Origin: Bdellovibrionales bacterium
GTDB taxonomy: Bacteria; Bdellovibrionota; Bdellovibrionia; Bdellovibrionales; JAUICD01
Length of the DNA stretch: 64,000 nucleotides
Reading direction: 5' to 3'
Assembly: GCA_965203275.1 (NCBI GenBank)
Contig: OZ241865.1
Span: 1,216,001 to 1,280,000 of the forward strand
Position 1 is the first letter of the stretch, and each line of letters opens with the position of its first letter. This document shows positions 19,491 to 29,478 of the stretch, piece by piece. The notes below the pieces were generated by a model that saw only the letters and a list, made by a program, of their open reading frames with translations, made no database searches and was not told the origin of the DNA. A program made the position numbers and the translations under genes.

Positions 19491-20535
19491 ACATCTTGTT
19501 TCCCCGGGATCTGGGATCCGGCATCTAAATGAACTTTTTCCTTAACATGTGGTCAAGAGACGAAGAGATCCTTCTTACTAAAAGTAAACGGACTTTTGAG
19601 ACATTGCTCTTTTTAGACAGCGTAAGCTGTCAGAGCAAACGTCAGAAGGAAATCTTTTTCCTTAACATTGTGTTAAGAAATGAGGACATCCTCCTTCCTA
19701 AAATTGAACAGGCTTTTGAGACAGTTAGCCTTTGATCGACGGCGAGAGCCGTCGGGCTAACTGTCCAAAAGTAGCCAGAGGCTAGTTCAATTTTAGGGAA
19801 ACAGAGGCTGGTTTACTTTTAGTGAAACAACTCCTTAACATGGTGTTAAAAAAGGAAGAGATCCTCCCTACTAAAAGTGGTCAGGCTTTCTAGGCAATGA
19901 CCATTTTGCCAATGGCGAAAGCCATTGCGGTCATTGCCAGAAAGTAGCCAGAGGCTAGTTCAATTTTAGGGAAACAGAGGCTGGTTTACTTTTAGTGAAA
20001 CAAAGGTGTGGCTCATTTTGAGTGAAATAGAGGCTAGTTTACTTTTAGTGAAACAGTTCAAGCGATATTGGATCTAGAGTTTATTAGCTGTATGGAATTA
20101 GCAAAACAAGCTGATAAATTAGGAGCTTATTTATACAAACTGTGTAAAAATACTTAAATTCAAATTTGATCTTTTCCGGGATCTGGGATCCGGGATCCGG
20201 CAGACAGGGATCAGAAAGAAATCTTTTTCCTTAACATGGTGTTAAGAGAAAAAAGGATCCTCTCTACTCAAAGTGAACAGGCTTTTGAGGCAATGACCAT
20301 TTTGCCAATGGCGAAAGCCATTGCGGTCATTGTCCAAAAGTGACCAGAGGTCAGTTCACTTTGAGTGAAACAACTCAGCCTTTGATCGACGGCGAGAGCC
20401 GTCGGGCTAACTGTCCAAAAGTAGCCAGAGGCTAGTTCAATTTTAGGGAAACAGAGGCTGGTTTATTTTTAGTGAGACAAACGCGGTCATTGCCCAAAAA
20501 CATGCCAGAGGCATGATGCATTTTGAGTGAAATGG
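19490..20535 (+). repeat. Mosaic cluster of structured elements
   Basis: ~19517-19849 nearly identical to ~16497-16829; stacked ~26-bp 3' arms at 19950-20055. Confidence 0.95.
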
Positions 20536-20590
20536 ACTAATTGCTAGTCCACATTGACCTTCTATTCTCATCTACTTCAAAATAAAATGT

Positions 20591-21241
20591 ATGAATCATA
20601 AAGTGCATTTAAATTTACTTTTAATATACTTTTTGTTTGGCGTTTCTTTTCAAAGCTTCGCATCTGTGCCTCATGAAACAAATTTAGCTTCTATTGCTTT
20701 TGATCAAAAATTGACAGTCAAAACAAGGTGGCGAGCTTTAATGGCTTTAGCTATTACTCAAGAAGAAAAGTCACTCCTTCACTTAGAAAATGCTCTTAAG
20801 AGCAAAGATTGGTTTATGAGAAATGCTGGTTTGATCGCAATGGGTCAAATTGCACCTGCAAGGGCTTTGCAAAGGGCTAGACAGTTAATTCTTGATCCTG
20901 CTCTTGTTGTCAGAACAAGTGCTGTGATGATTTTTCAACAAAGGGGTACAAGTCACGATGTAGATTTTTTATGGAATCAACTTAACAATAGAATCAACTT
21001 TAAAAGAAAACAAAGTTTATGGATACGTCATCATATTGTCACTGCTATAGGTATTTTAGGTTCTCCTTTAGATATCCCTCGTTTGATTGCTCTTTTAGAT
21101 GATCAAGATATTCGAGTACGTAAGGCATCTGTTCGAGCATTAGAAATATTAACAGAGTACCAACCATATCAACAAAATAACATTAACAACCTCACACTTA
21201 AAATCAATCATTGGAAGAACTATGCACTCTCATCTCCTTAA
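20591..21241 (+). CDS. HEAT-repeat protein with signal peptide
   Basis: DWFMRNAGLIAM, DPALVVRTSAV, LLDDQDIRVRKASVRAL. Confidence 0.85.
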   Translation: MNHKVHLNLLLIYFLFGVSFQSFASVPHETNLASIAFDQKLTVKTRWRALMALAITQEEKSLLHLENALKSKDWFMRNAGLIAMGQIAPARALQRARQLILDPALVVRTSAVMIFQQRGTSHDVDFLWNQLNNRINFKRKQSLWIRHHIVTAIGILGSPLDIPRLIALLDDQDIRVRKASVRALEILTEYQPYQQNNINNLTLKINHWKNYALSSP

Positions 21242-21266
21242 AATAAGTACAACAAACAGTAGAGGT

Positions 21267-22082
21267 TTAGCTCTTTTTAGGATCTAGTGCATCTCTCATA
21301 CCATCACCAAAAAGATTAAACCCTAAAACCAACAGTACAATTGCTAGACCAGGAAAGATACTCATATAAGGAGCCTCTAACAAAACACCTCGCCCAGCAT
21401 TAAGCAAAGCTCCCCAAGTAGGGGTTGTGGGGGGAGTGCCTAAACCTAAAAAACTTAAAGAAGATTCAGAGATGATAGTACCAGCCATAGAAAAGCTAGA
21501 TTGTACAACCAGAGGACCTGTGAGATTGGGTAAAATATGACATATAATTTGCCTTAAAGGGCTAGCTCCCATAGCTTGAGATGCTATCACATAATCCATA
21601 GTTTTAAGATGTAAAAATTCCCCTCGAATAAGCCGTGCATAGCCAGCCCAACCTGTTAAACTCATAGCCAAGATCAAATTAAAAAGTGAGGGTCCTAAGA
21701 CAGCCACTAGGGCAATGGCCAATAGAAAGCCAGGAAAAGCACAAAACATATCGATAATTCGCATACAGATTTGATCAGTAAGTCCTCCTAAAAAACCTGC
21801 CAGACAGCCCACAATCAGACCTATGACAAGGCAAATCCCTACGACAAGAATAGCAACCAAAAGACTCACTCTAGAACCATAAAGCACTTGAGTAAAAATA
21901 TCACTGCCATTTTGATCAAGTCCAAAAGGATGTTCAAGGGACGGAGGTTGAAATTGGTTTTGTAAAGACATTTCAGTTGGAGAATAGGGTGTGAGAAGAG
22001 GTGCAAAGATAGCTATAAAAATCATAAAAACAATAATACTGCCACCCACATAAATTAATGTTGATTTTGATGATCTCAACAT
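21267..22082 (-). CDS. Peptide ABC transporter permease (DppC/OppC family)
   Basis: HPFGLDQNGSDIF, EAA-like loop YVIASQAMGAS, ESSLSFLGLG, FNLFGDGMRDALDP. Confidence 0.94.
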   Translation of the reverse strand: MLRSSKSTLIYVGGSIIVFMIFIAIFAPLLTPYSPTEMSLQNQFQPPSLEHPFGLDQNGSDIFTQVLYGSRVSLLVAILVVGICLVIGLIVGCLAGFLGGLTDQICMRIIDMFCAFPGFLLAIALVAVLGPSLFNLILAMSLTGWAGYARLIRGEFLHLKTMDYVIASQAMGASPLRQIICHILPNLTGPLVVQSSFSMAGTIISESSLSFLGLGTPPTTPTWGALLNAGRGVLLEAPYMSIFPGLAIVLLVLGFNLFGDGMRDALDPKKS

Positions 22083-22158
22083 AAAGTCTTTCCTTATCCT
22101 TGTAAATTATCCAACTTATGGACAATGTGCAAGGATGTTATTATTTTTTAAATAGACT

Positions 22159-25100
22159 TTAAATAGACAGGGTATCGTATTTTTTAAGTAGAATGTCATG
22201 GTAAAAATAAAGAAGAATATCTTGATAAGTCCATTCTTTTTCAACCTCTTCAGGTTTAATGGCATCTTCTGAAGGTATGTTATTGGATAGGGCAGTATTC
22301 CATCCATTTCTTGCCAATTCATACATAGCAATTTGTGAAAGACCACGACCATGCCCTCCAATAAATCTTCCAGAAGAAGTGTAATATCTACTACAAGTGA
22401 CATAGTCTGGTATATTTCTTTCTCCTAGAATATCATTATGACCATTACCTGAATTGGTTTTTTCTGGAACACAGGCATGATATTCTGTTGTGCCTAATCT
22501 GTTGTCTCTGTCAGCAATCACAAGACCGGCTGAAGTGGTCACAGCATTATCAGTTTTTTCGTGTTCTGTTGTACAGCCCTTATAACTTTGAAACCATGTT
22601 GTCGGGTCTAAATCCCATCCATAAGCACGTGATCTTCTATCTTCTAATATTTTTTGGAGAGAGTAAGTACGAGCTGCAATAGCTTGTGCAACTAAAGCAT
22701 CTCTATTGGCCATACTGATAATACTCTCACTTGGAACAACAGACAACAAATAGGCTTCTAGTGGTAGTTCATTGATTAAGCTCCATTCAAGGGGATGATT
22801 ATTCATAACAGCCCATTGAGCATGCTTGCTTCTACCATTACGCTCTGATGATGTTTGTTTTCTTCTTGTGACACCAATATGAAATATTCCTCTGTATTTC
22901 CCACGAACAGGCTTTTTATTTTTATATTCCAATGCGACTGTTCGACCGTTTGCATTTCTTATTCTTTTAAAGGTTACACCTGTCCAGTTGACTTCTGTAG
23001 CATAAACACAAGATTGACGTTGACCTGAAGGTGTAATCTTTATCTTATAAAGTTTGCCTGTGCTATTGTAGTCAATAAGATTGGCAAGAGGATATTCCTC
23101 CCAAGAATTACTATTTCTGACCCTGTAACGGACCTTATTCCCAGGACAACCTAAGTTTTCAGGGCAAGCAATGTCTATCATAAGCTCTTTCACACTTCTA
23201 GCTAAGACACTGGTTATATCATTAGGTGATTCTGGATTGTAAATTTCTAAAGTGGCTCCTTCTGTACGGAAAACCATTTGAACTTGTAAATCAATATCTC
23301 CATAAAGGTTTGAAGTGAAGGGATAAACAGGGTCTAACGGATAAGCAATGGGATAAAGTTTAATATCTACTTTTTGATAGGTTTGCAGATCATTTGTTTT
23401 AAGAGCATCTAAAGTTCTTCTTAAGAGAGCTTCTTGCACTATTAATGCATCTCTTTGATCCTCTAATTCTGCTCGAGTGCGAACAGGTTGAGTTGTTGAT
23501 TGTTCTTGTTGTTGTATCCTTTGCCTGGCTCTTCTACGATCTGCATTTTGATTTCTACTTGCTTGAGCATTTTCTTCGGCTGTTCTTAACTGTCTTTCAG
23601 CTACATTTTTTGCCTCTTGAGCTTCTTGAAGTCTTCTTGTTATTTCTTGGCGATCTCTTTGACTGGCTCTTTGACTATTTTGAACTATATCATTAGCTTT
23701 TTGAGCTTCTGCTAATGCTGTCTCTGCTTCTTGGAGCCTTTCTCTGGCTGTATACTCTGCTCTTGACTGTTCATCTCTAGCTGCACGTCTGTCTCTTTCA
23801 GCTGCGTCATTAGCCCTTTGAGCTGCATTTTTTGCATCTTCAGCCTCTCGAAGTCTTTGTGTTGCTTCACGGCGATCTCTTTGAGTGGCTCTTTGATTAC
23901 TTTGAGTTGCATCATTAGCTCTTTGAGCTTCTTCTAATGCTGTCTCTGTTGCTTGAAGTTTTTCTCTAGTTGCACGCCTTGCTCTTGCTAGCAAATTTCT
24001 GGCTACTTCTCTATCTCTTTCTGTTGCTTGTTCATCTCTTTCTGTTTGACCTGTGGCCTGATTACGTTCTCTTCTCTCTGCTCTATCATTACTTTCTATC
24101 CTTAATATCTGCTCTCGAAAAGTAGAATCAAAATCATATAAATTATGCTGATCTATGATCCCTCGATTGCTGTGTCTGCGTCTTTCTCTTTCTTCAAAGG
24201 AGAATCGACTCCACTGGCTAAAGGCATTGTTTAATTCTATTTTTTGCCGAGTTTCACTATCGTCACGTTCTAGACCCTTTATGATTTGTCTTAAATTCGA
24301 ATCTAATTGTGCCCAACTGTATTGCTCTCTTATATCTTGACCATTCGCCCTTTTGTTTTTTCTCTCTTCGTAAGAAAGCTGAACCCATTCTTCGAAGTTT
24401 TTATTCATTTCTATATCACGTCGTTGATTGCTATCATCTCTCTCTATTCTGTTGATTATGTCACGGAAAGAAGCAGATATTTCATCTAATTTATATTTAT
24501 CTACTATAGAATTCTGACTGGATCGTTTTTGTTCTCTTTCTTCAAAAGAAAGATCAGTCCACTCCTGAAGGTCGCTAGCAAGCTGTTGCTCATTTTCTTT
24601 TTGTAACCTGATCTGGTGAGCTAATTGTGCATATCTTTCTCTGTCTACACTTTCAGCTTGCCTCTGTCTAAGGATTTCTTGGTCTTTAATATATCTTTCT
24701 CTTGCAACTTCTGCTTGGAGTTCTATTCTTTCATTGATCTTGTTTTGTCTATGGTTATGTAAAAGGTTTGTATAATAATTTATCTGAGTGGGTAAAAATC
24801 CATTACCACCTTCTTCTTCATAGTAGTCTTCATCATCATAATATTCTTCTTCATCAATATTTTCTTCTTCCTCGTCACCTTCTCCAAACCATGAACCAAT
24901 AACATCCATAATTTGCTCCCCCCATGTGGGAGAAGTATTAGATGTGTCTCCAGAAGGATTTGTATTGCTATCTTCTTCTTGTCTTATTTCTGCTTCAACT
25001 TGTCTACGTTGCTCTTGAACTTGTTGTAATTCTGCTTCTACTTCTTGTCGGGTTTGTTGGGGATTTTGTAATCTTCCCTGATGGGTAGGGTCTAAGGCAC

Positions 25101-25200
25101 CATGTTGCATACTTCCATCAAAACCACCTGGACCACAAGCAATCACTAAAGTACAAATCACTATCATATTCAATGCATAAATAGAACTTTTAAAAGTCAT
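22159..25200 (-). CDS. Large lipoprotein with coiled-coil stalk and C-terminal SpoIID/LytB domain
   Basis: LVIAC lipobox; LINELPLEAYLLSVVPSE, AQAIAARTY, GHGRGLSQ, YQDILLYFY; start placed at second ATG by RBS spacing. Confidence 0.88.
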   Translation of the reverse strand: MTFKSSIYALNMIVICTLVIACGPGGFDGSMQHGALDPTHQGRLQNPQQTRQEVEAELQQVQEQRRQVEAEIRQEEDSNTNPSGDTSNTSPTWGEQIMDVIGSWFGEGDEEEENIDEEEYYDDEDYYEEEGGNGFLPTQINYYTNLLHNHRQNKINERIELQAEVARERYIKDQEILRQRQAESVDRERYAQLAHQIRLQKENEQQLASDLQEWTDLSFEEREQKRSSQNSIVDKYKLDEISASFRDIINRIERDDSNQRRDIEMNKNFEEWVQLSYEERKNKRANGQDIREQYSWAQLDSNLRQIIKGLERDDSETRQKIELNNAFSQWSRFSFEERERRRHSNRGIIDQHNLYDFDSTFREQILRIESNDRAERRERNQATGQTERDEQATERDREVARNLLARARRATREKLQATETALEEAQRANDATQSNQRATQRDRREATQRLREAEDAKNAAQRANDAAERDRRAARDEQSRAEYTARERLQEAETALAEAQKANDIVQNSQRASQRDRQEITRRLQEAQEAKNVAERQLRTAEENAQASRNQNADRRRARQRIQQQEQSTTQPVRTRAELEDQRDALIVQEALLRRTLDALKTNDLQTYQKVDIKLYPIAYPLDPVYPFTSNLYGDIDLQVQMVFRTEGATLEIYNPESPNDITSVLARSVKELMIDIACPENLGCPGNKVRYRVRNSNSWEEYPLANLIDYNSTGKLYKIKITPSGQRQSCVYATEVNWTGVTFKRIRNANGRTVALEYKNKKPVRGKYRGIFHIGVTRRKQTSSERNGRSKHAQWAVMNNHPLEWSLINELPLEAYLLSVVPSESIISMANRDALVAQAIAARTYSLQKILEDRRSRAYGWDLDPTTWFQSYKGCTTEHEKTDNAVTTSAGLVIADRDNRLGTTEYHACVPEKTNSGNGHNDILGERNIPDYVTCSRYYTSSGRFIGGHGRGLSQIAMYELARNGWNTALSNNIPSEDAIKPEEVEKEWTYQDILLYFYHDILLKKYDTLSI

Positions 25201-25267
25201 TTCCATTCTCCTTTTGCCTCTTTAACTAAATCCACTTTCAAATTTATTTCATCTCTAAAAGATAAAT

Positions 25268-25284
25268 TGCAAAATTTAGACCAA
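25268..25284 (-). promoter_or_regulatory. Putative sigma54 promoter of the SpoIID-like gene
   Basis: Minus strand TTGGTCTAAATTTTGCA with exact GG(-24)/GC(-12) spacing, about 70 bp upstream of the start. Confidence 0.45.
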
Positions 25285-25458
25285 AGGACATAATGACAAT
25301 TTTCTAAATAAATACAAATACTTCACAGGTATTCTCTCTTAAGGCACCTTGATTTGAAGTGATAAATAAAGTAAAAAAAGACATTTTTTGTCATTGAAAT
25401 GCCGAAAAAATAACATAGAGAGAGTATCACGCAACATATTATTATAAAAGGTCCTACC

Positions 25459-27000
25459 ATGCTAAAAAGGCTAAAAAAGCTATTAAAAAGAAGGTTCTTT
25501 CAAGGTATTATTTTAATTTTGCTTTTAGCAAGTTGTGCTTTATTTTATCTTTTGAGGCCAGTTACAGAAAAGGCCATCAGTATGTCTCAAATACTTTATG
25601 AACCTGAAAACCAAGAAGCAAATGCTATTCTTTTTTATGCTGAGGAGGATACTGTTTTTGTTAGGCTTTGTACTCAAAGAATCATAAACGCTATGGAAGA
25701 CTGTCCCAGCAATGATTTTGAAATCATTTTGTCTCTTGAAAGCTTTAAAGACAAACTAAAAGCAGGGTTAAAGATTTTAAGGTTTGCAGATGTTCAAGAA
25801 GAATTCCATAGAAAAATACATGCTTATGGAGAAAATCACAGAGATGTCCTTAACATTGGAAGAGATTATGATCGTCACCTTCAAGAAAAAGTAGATTTTG
25901 TAGAACAGTACGGTGATGAATCTGTTATGAACCGACGACAAAGAGAAAGATTTCATCTCTTAAAAGAGAGTCTGACTTCTTTAGAAAAAGAACTAACGGA
26001 TTGGTCTGAATATGATCTTATTGTAGATGAGATCAATCATTTGATAGAAAATTTAATTGATCAGCTTTTTATTCGATCCTTTAGAAAAGTAGCCCATCGA
26101 AATCATCAAGGTCAAGAAAGCTACATGTTTGACTTATTGAGAGGATTTCTTACACAAATAAAGCATGATGTTGTGTTTGATAGTGAATTTGTAACTATTC
26201 CAAGAGGGTCGTTTCAATATGTGAAAGGTGGGCGTATCACCACAATAACTGAAGATTTCCAAGTGATGGCTCATGAAGTAACGCAAAGACAATATGCTCA
26301 AGTGATGCAAAATAATCCTTCTTTTTTCTCTCAAGAGAGATATTGTCCAAATAGTTATACAGTTGAAAATAGTATCCCTATGTGTCCTCACAATCCTGTA
26401 GAAAATATATCTGTGCAGAACATTCGAGATTTTCTTTCAAAAGTAAATGCCAATAAACCACCTTGCAATGTAGAAAGTTTAATGAACGGCCCCCCTTGCT
26501 ATCGCCTATTAAAACCCAGTGAATGGGGTTTATCTGTAAGAAGGTTCCATCTAGCCAAAACGTATGATTATTTATTTCCACCTCAAAACATATTGGAACG
26601 TTCCATTAATCCAATACGTTTTACCCAACAACAAAAAGTATTAAATGAAATGGAATGGTGGAAAAGCAACTCAGAAGGACACACTCAACCCGTGACTTCT
26701 TTATCCAGAAATATGTTTCATCTCTATAATATGTTAGGCAATGTAGGAGAAGTGACCTTTTATAAGGCAAAAGAACGTAGAGAGAATATAGAGGATATTC
26801 AGATATTAGGTTGTCATTTTGATTGTAATTTTAATGAATTGGTATATTTACTTCATGATAAGGATAGATATAGGTCTTTGTTTTCAGGTCATTCTATAAA
26901 TAATATATTACCAAGTAAGTACGTAGGATTCCGCCTTGCAAAAGGAAGACTATTTAGTGCCAGGACCCATGAACCTCCCAAAGACCCCCTTGAATTATGA
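25459..27000 (+). CDS. Membrane-anchored protein with C-terminal FGE-sulfatase/SUMF1-like domain
   Basis: FVTIPRGSF, HEVTQRQY, HNPVENIS, YRLL..SEW, LYNMLGNVGE, GFRLA. Confidence 0.85.
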   Translation: MLKRLKKLLKRRFFQGIILILLLASCALFYLLRPVTEKAISMSQILYEPENQEANAILFYAEEDTVFVRLCTQRIINAMEDCPSNDFEIILSLESFKDKLKAGLKILRFADVQEEFHRKIHAYGENHRDVLNIGRDYDRHLQEKVDFVEQYGDESVMNRRQRERFHLLKESLTSLEKELTDWSEYDLIVDEINHLIENLIDQLFIRSFRKVAHRNHQGQESYMFDLLRGFLTQIKHDVVFDSEFVTIPRGSFQYVKGGRITTITEDFQVMAHEVTQRQYAQVMQNNPSFFSQERYCPNSYTVENSIPMCPHNPVENISVQNIRDFLSKVNANKPPCNVESLMNGPPCYRLLKPSEWGLSVRRFHLAKTYDYLFPPQNILERSINPIRFTQQQKVLNEMEWWKSNSEGHTQPVTSLSRNMFHLYNMLGNVGEVTFYKAKERRENIEDIQILGCHFDCNFNELVYLLHDKDRYRSLFSGHSINNILPSKYVGFRLAKGRLFSARTHEPPKDPLEL

Positions 27001-27159
27001 TTGAAAATACTTGATGACCAGTTTGCCGGACTCCTGAGCTGAATAGTTGAAAATAGAGTTAAGAGGTTTGAGTAATTTATGTGTGTAATAAGATTTTGTG
27101 CCTCTACAATGTGTGTCTTTGTGGAGGTTTTAGAAAATTTATTTAAATGAGATTGTATT

Positions 27160-28461
27160 ATGTATTTTTTATCTGTATTTTGTTTTTTATTGACACTGAC
27201 TTGTGCGAGTGCGACACAAGTTCATGCACAAAATAAAGCTATTGAAGAACCATCGCCAGCTCCAAGCCTGTCACCTTCTGTTTCTGTCAATAAAAAACAA
27301 GTTGCCATTAAAAAGAAGATAGACCGCCTACATAAATTGCTTGAAAAAGATACAGATCATCTTCAAGTACATTTTTTGATTGGCAAATATTATTATGCAC
27401 TGAAAGATTTAGATCAGGCCCTCTTCCATCTTCAAAAAACCAATGCCAATGCATCTATTTCTAAAAATCACACTGTGGAATCACTTCTATTACAAGCACA
27501 AATTCTTGCTCAAAAAGAAAACTATGAAGAACAAATACGCATTTTAGGTATTTTACTAACTCTTTTGCCCAACCATGTAAAAACTTATATGGACATAGGG
27601 CATGCTTACCAAAAGCTTGAGAAACCAAAAGAAGCTATTCAACATTATAGAATGGCTCTAGAAAAAAACAAAAAATACAAAAATGCTTATAAAGGGTTAT
27701 GGCAAATCCTTGAAGCTCAAAAGCATTTTGCTGATATGGCTATTATCCTGGAAGATTTTTTAAAGTTATTTCCAAAAGATCAAGAAGGCCATGCTAAACT
27801 TTGCCAGCTCAATATGAGGTTAGGTTTTTTAGATGAATCCATTGTAGCTTGTCGTCGAGCTATTGATATAGATGATCTCAATCCAAACAATCATGTTTAT
27901 TTAGGATTAGCACATAAGCGTAATGAAAAGAAAGATCAGTATAAAAAAATTATTCTTATGGCAGGTCGTCAATTTAAAAAGTCTCCTTTAGCACAATATG
28001 AAGCAGGACTCTTATCAGAAGAGAGTCATCTTTGGGAAGTTGCTTTAGGCTTTTATACCCATTGCCATCAAGCTAATGAAAAAGCTATAACTTGCTTGAA
28101 TAAAAAGGCTGATATGGAAGTGAAACTAGGTCAATATGAACAAGCAAGTCAGTCTCTTTTAACAGCTTGTCGTTTGAATAAATTTACAGCTTATCATAAA
28201 ATTAGAGATGTCATGGGGCAGGTGAGAGTTCAAAAGAAAATAAAATGGTATCATCATTTTAAAAAAATGACCCAACAATGTCATATTGTAGGAGGACATA
28301 TTTTAAAGGATCCATCAGAAGATCCAATTGTGGCTTTATCTGTAGAATACAAACCACCAGAAGAAGATCCTACGCAAAACACATCTTCTAAAAAGTCAAC
28401 ATCCTCTAAAAAGAAACCTATTGACAAAAAGAAAGCTTCATCTAATAATTCATCTAAGTAA
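27160..28461 (+). CDS. TPR-repeat protein with signal peptide
   Basis: Multiple TPR-like 34-aa helical pairs. Confidence 0.88.
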   Translation: MYFLSVFCFLLTLTCASATQVHAQNKAIEEPSPAPSLSPSVSVNKKQVAIKKKIDRLHKLLEKDTDHLQVHFLIGKYYYALKDLDQALFHLQKTNANASISKNHTVESLLLQAQILAQKENYEEQIRILGILLTLLPNHVKTYMDIGHAYQKLEKPKEAIQHYRMALEKNKKYKNAYKGLWQILEAQKHFADMAIILEDFLKLFPKDQEGHAKLCQLNMRLGFLDESIVACRRAIDIDDLNPNNHVYLGLAHKRNEKKDQYKKIILMAGRQFKKSPLAQYEAGLLSEESHLWEVALGFYTHCHQANEKAITCLNKKADMEVKLGQYEQASQSLLTACRLNKFTAYHKIRDVMGQVRVQKKIKWYHHFKKMTQQCHIVGGHILKDPSEDPIVALSVEYKPPEEDPTQNTSSKKSTSSKKKPIDKKKASSNNSSK

Positions 28462-28492
28462 ATCTGAGTAAATCTGAGTAAATCTGAGTAAA
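28458..28492. repeat. 10-bp tandem repeat (GTAAATCTGA) x3
   Basis: Read directly after the TPR gene stop. Confidence 0.9.
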
Positions 28493-28520
28493 AAGAACAA
28501 AGCAAAATGGGATATTTAAG

Positions 28521-29075
28521 ATGCAGCTCCTTCCTAAAAGTCCATGTCTTTTGGTGTATGAAACAAAACATATCTCGCAAGGATATTTATCCGTCAATAC
28601 CTTGTTAGAGAACTTTGATATTCATATTTTAGAAGCCAGCCCTATTGCCCCTGGACGACTGATGGTTCTAGCTAATCCTATAGCTGAAGATTTAAGAAAA
28701 GCTTTTACGATGATTCGAACGCAATATAGAAAGCATCTGGTGGATATAGCTATGATGGAACAAATGCAAAAAGAAACCCTTTTAGCTTTTTATGCTCTCA
28801 ATCAAACGCCACTTCAAGATATGTTATTAGTGATAGAAACGCCTTCTGTGGCATCTGCTTTAAATATTGTCAATGGTTTGAAAGTTCAAAATTTAATTGC
28901 TCCTATTGAAGTGAGGTCTTCCCGTAGTTTAGCAGGTAAGTCCTTAGTGTATGCTACTTTGACAAAATCTTGCCAATCAGAAGTCGAAACATTTTTAGCC
29001 CTGCAAAAACCCATACATGATTTTGATTTTGCATTGATTTCTTCTAATCATGCTTATTGGCGTACCTTCTTCTAA
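28521..29075 (+). CDS. Divergent tandem-BMC-domain (BMC-T/PduT-like) protein
   Basis: YETKHISQG..ILEASPIAPGRLMVL and VIETPSVASAL..IEVRSSRSLAGKS resemble the two halves of PduT-type shell proteins; 184 aa. Confidence 0.6.
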   Translation: MQLLPKSPCLLVYETKHISQGYLSVNTLLENFDIHILEASPIAPGRLMVLANPIAEDLRKAFTMIRTQYRKHLVDIAMMEQMQKETLLAFYALNQTPLQDMLLVIETPSVASALNIVNGLKVQNLIAPIEVRSSRSLAGKSLVYATLTKSCQSEVETFLALQKPIHDFDFALISSNHAYWRTFF

Positions 29076-29077
29076 TC

Positions 29078-29415
29078 TCACTCAAAATGCATCATGCCTC
29101 TGGTGTGTTTTTGGGCAATCAGCCCGACGGCTACCGCCGTCGATCAAAGGCTGATTGCCTCAAAAATCCGCTCATTTTGAGTAGGGAGGATCTCCTCGTT
29201 TTTTAACACCATGTTAAGGAAAAAGTTCCTTCATCACCAATGGCAACCTAGAAAGCTTGACCACTTTTAGTAGGGAGGATACCCTCATTTCTTAACACGA
29301 TGTTAAGGAAACAAGATGTTTACTTCACGTTGGTAAAATGGTCATCGCCTAGAAAGCTTGACCACTTTTAGTAGAAAGGATCCTTTCCTCTTTTAACATG
29401 ATGTTAAGGAAACAA
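29078..29415 (-). repeat. Structured element cluster
   Basis: One full and two partial copies in minus orientation. Confidence 0.92.
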
Positions 29416-29478
29416 GGTATTTGTTTTTATGGATTTCTTTGAAAAGGTAAGGAATTTAGGTTTGGAAATTAGAATTTC

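Noticed and set aside
15795..19735. ORFs 15795..16217, 16509..16715 and 19529..19735 with identical peptides (also 5700..5921, 30935..31162, 32412..32639, 52452..52652, 52522..52710, 2811..3128)
   Set aside because: They are translations of the non-coding element; frames are not preserved across copies and there is no RBS
19948..20056. Stacked 26-bp units or element clusters as a CRISPR array
   Set aside because: No unique spacers between constant repeats, and no cas genes
25459..27000. FGE-domain gene as a DGR target
   Set aside because: The fold is typical of DGR targets, but I saw no template repeat or RT in the window
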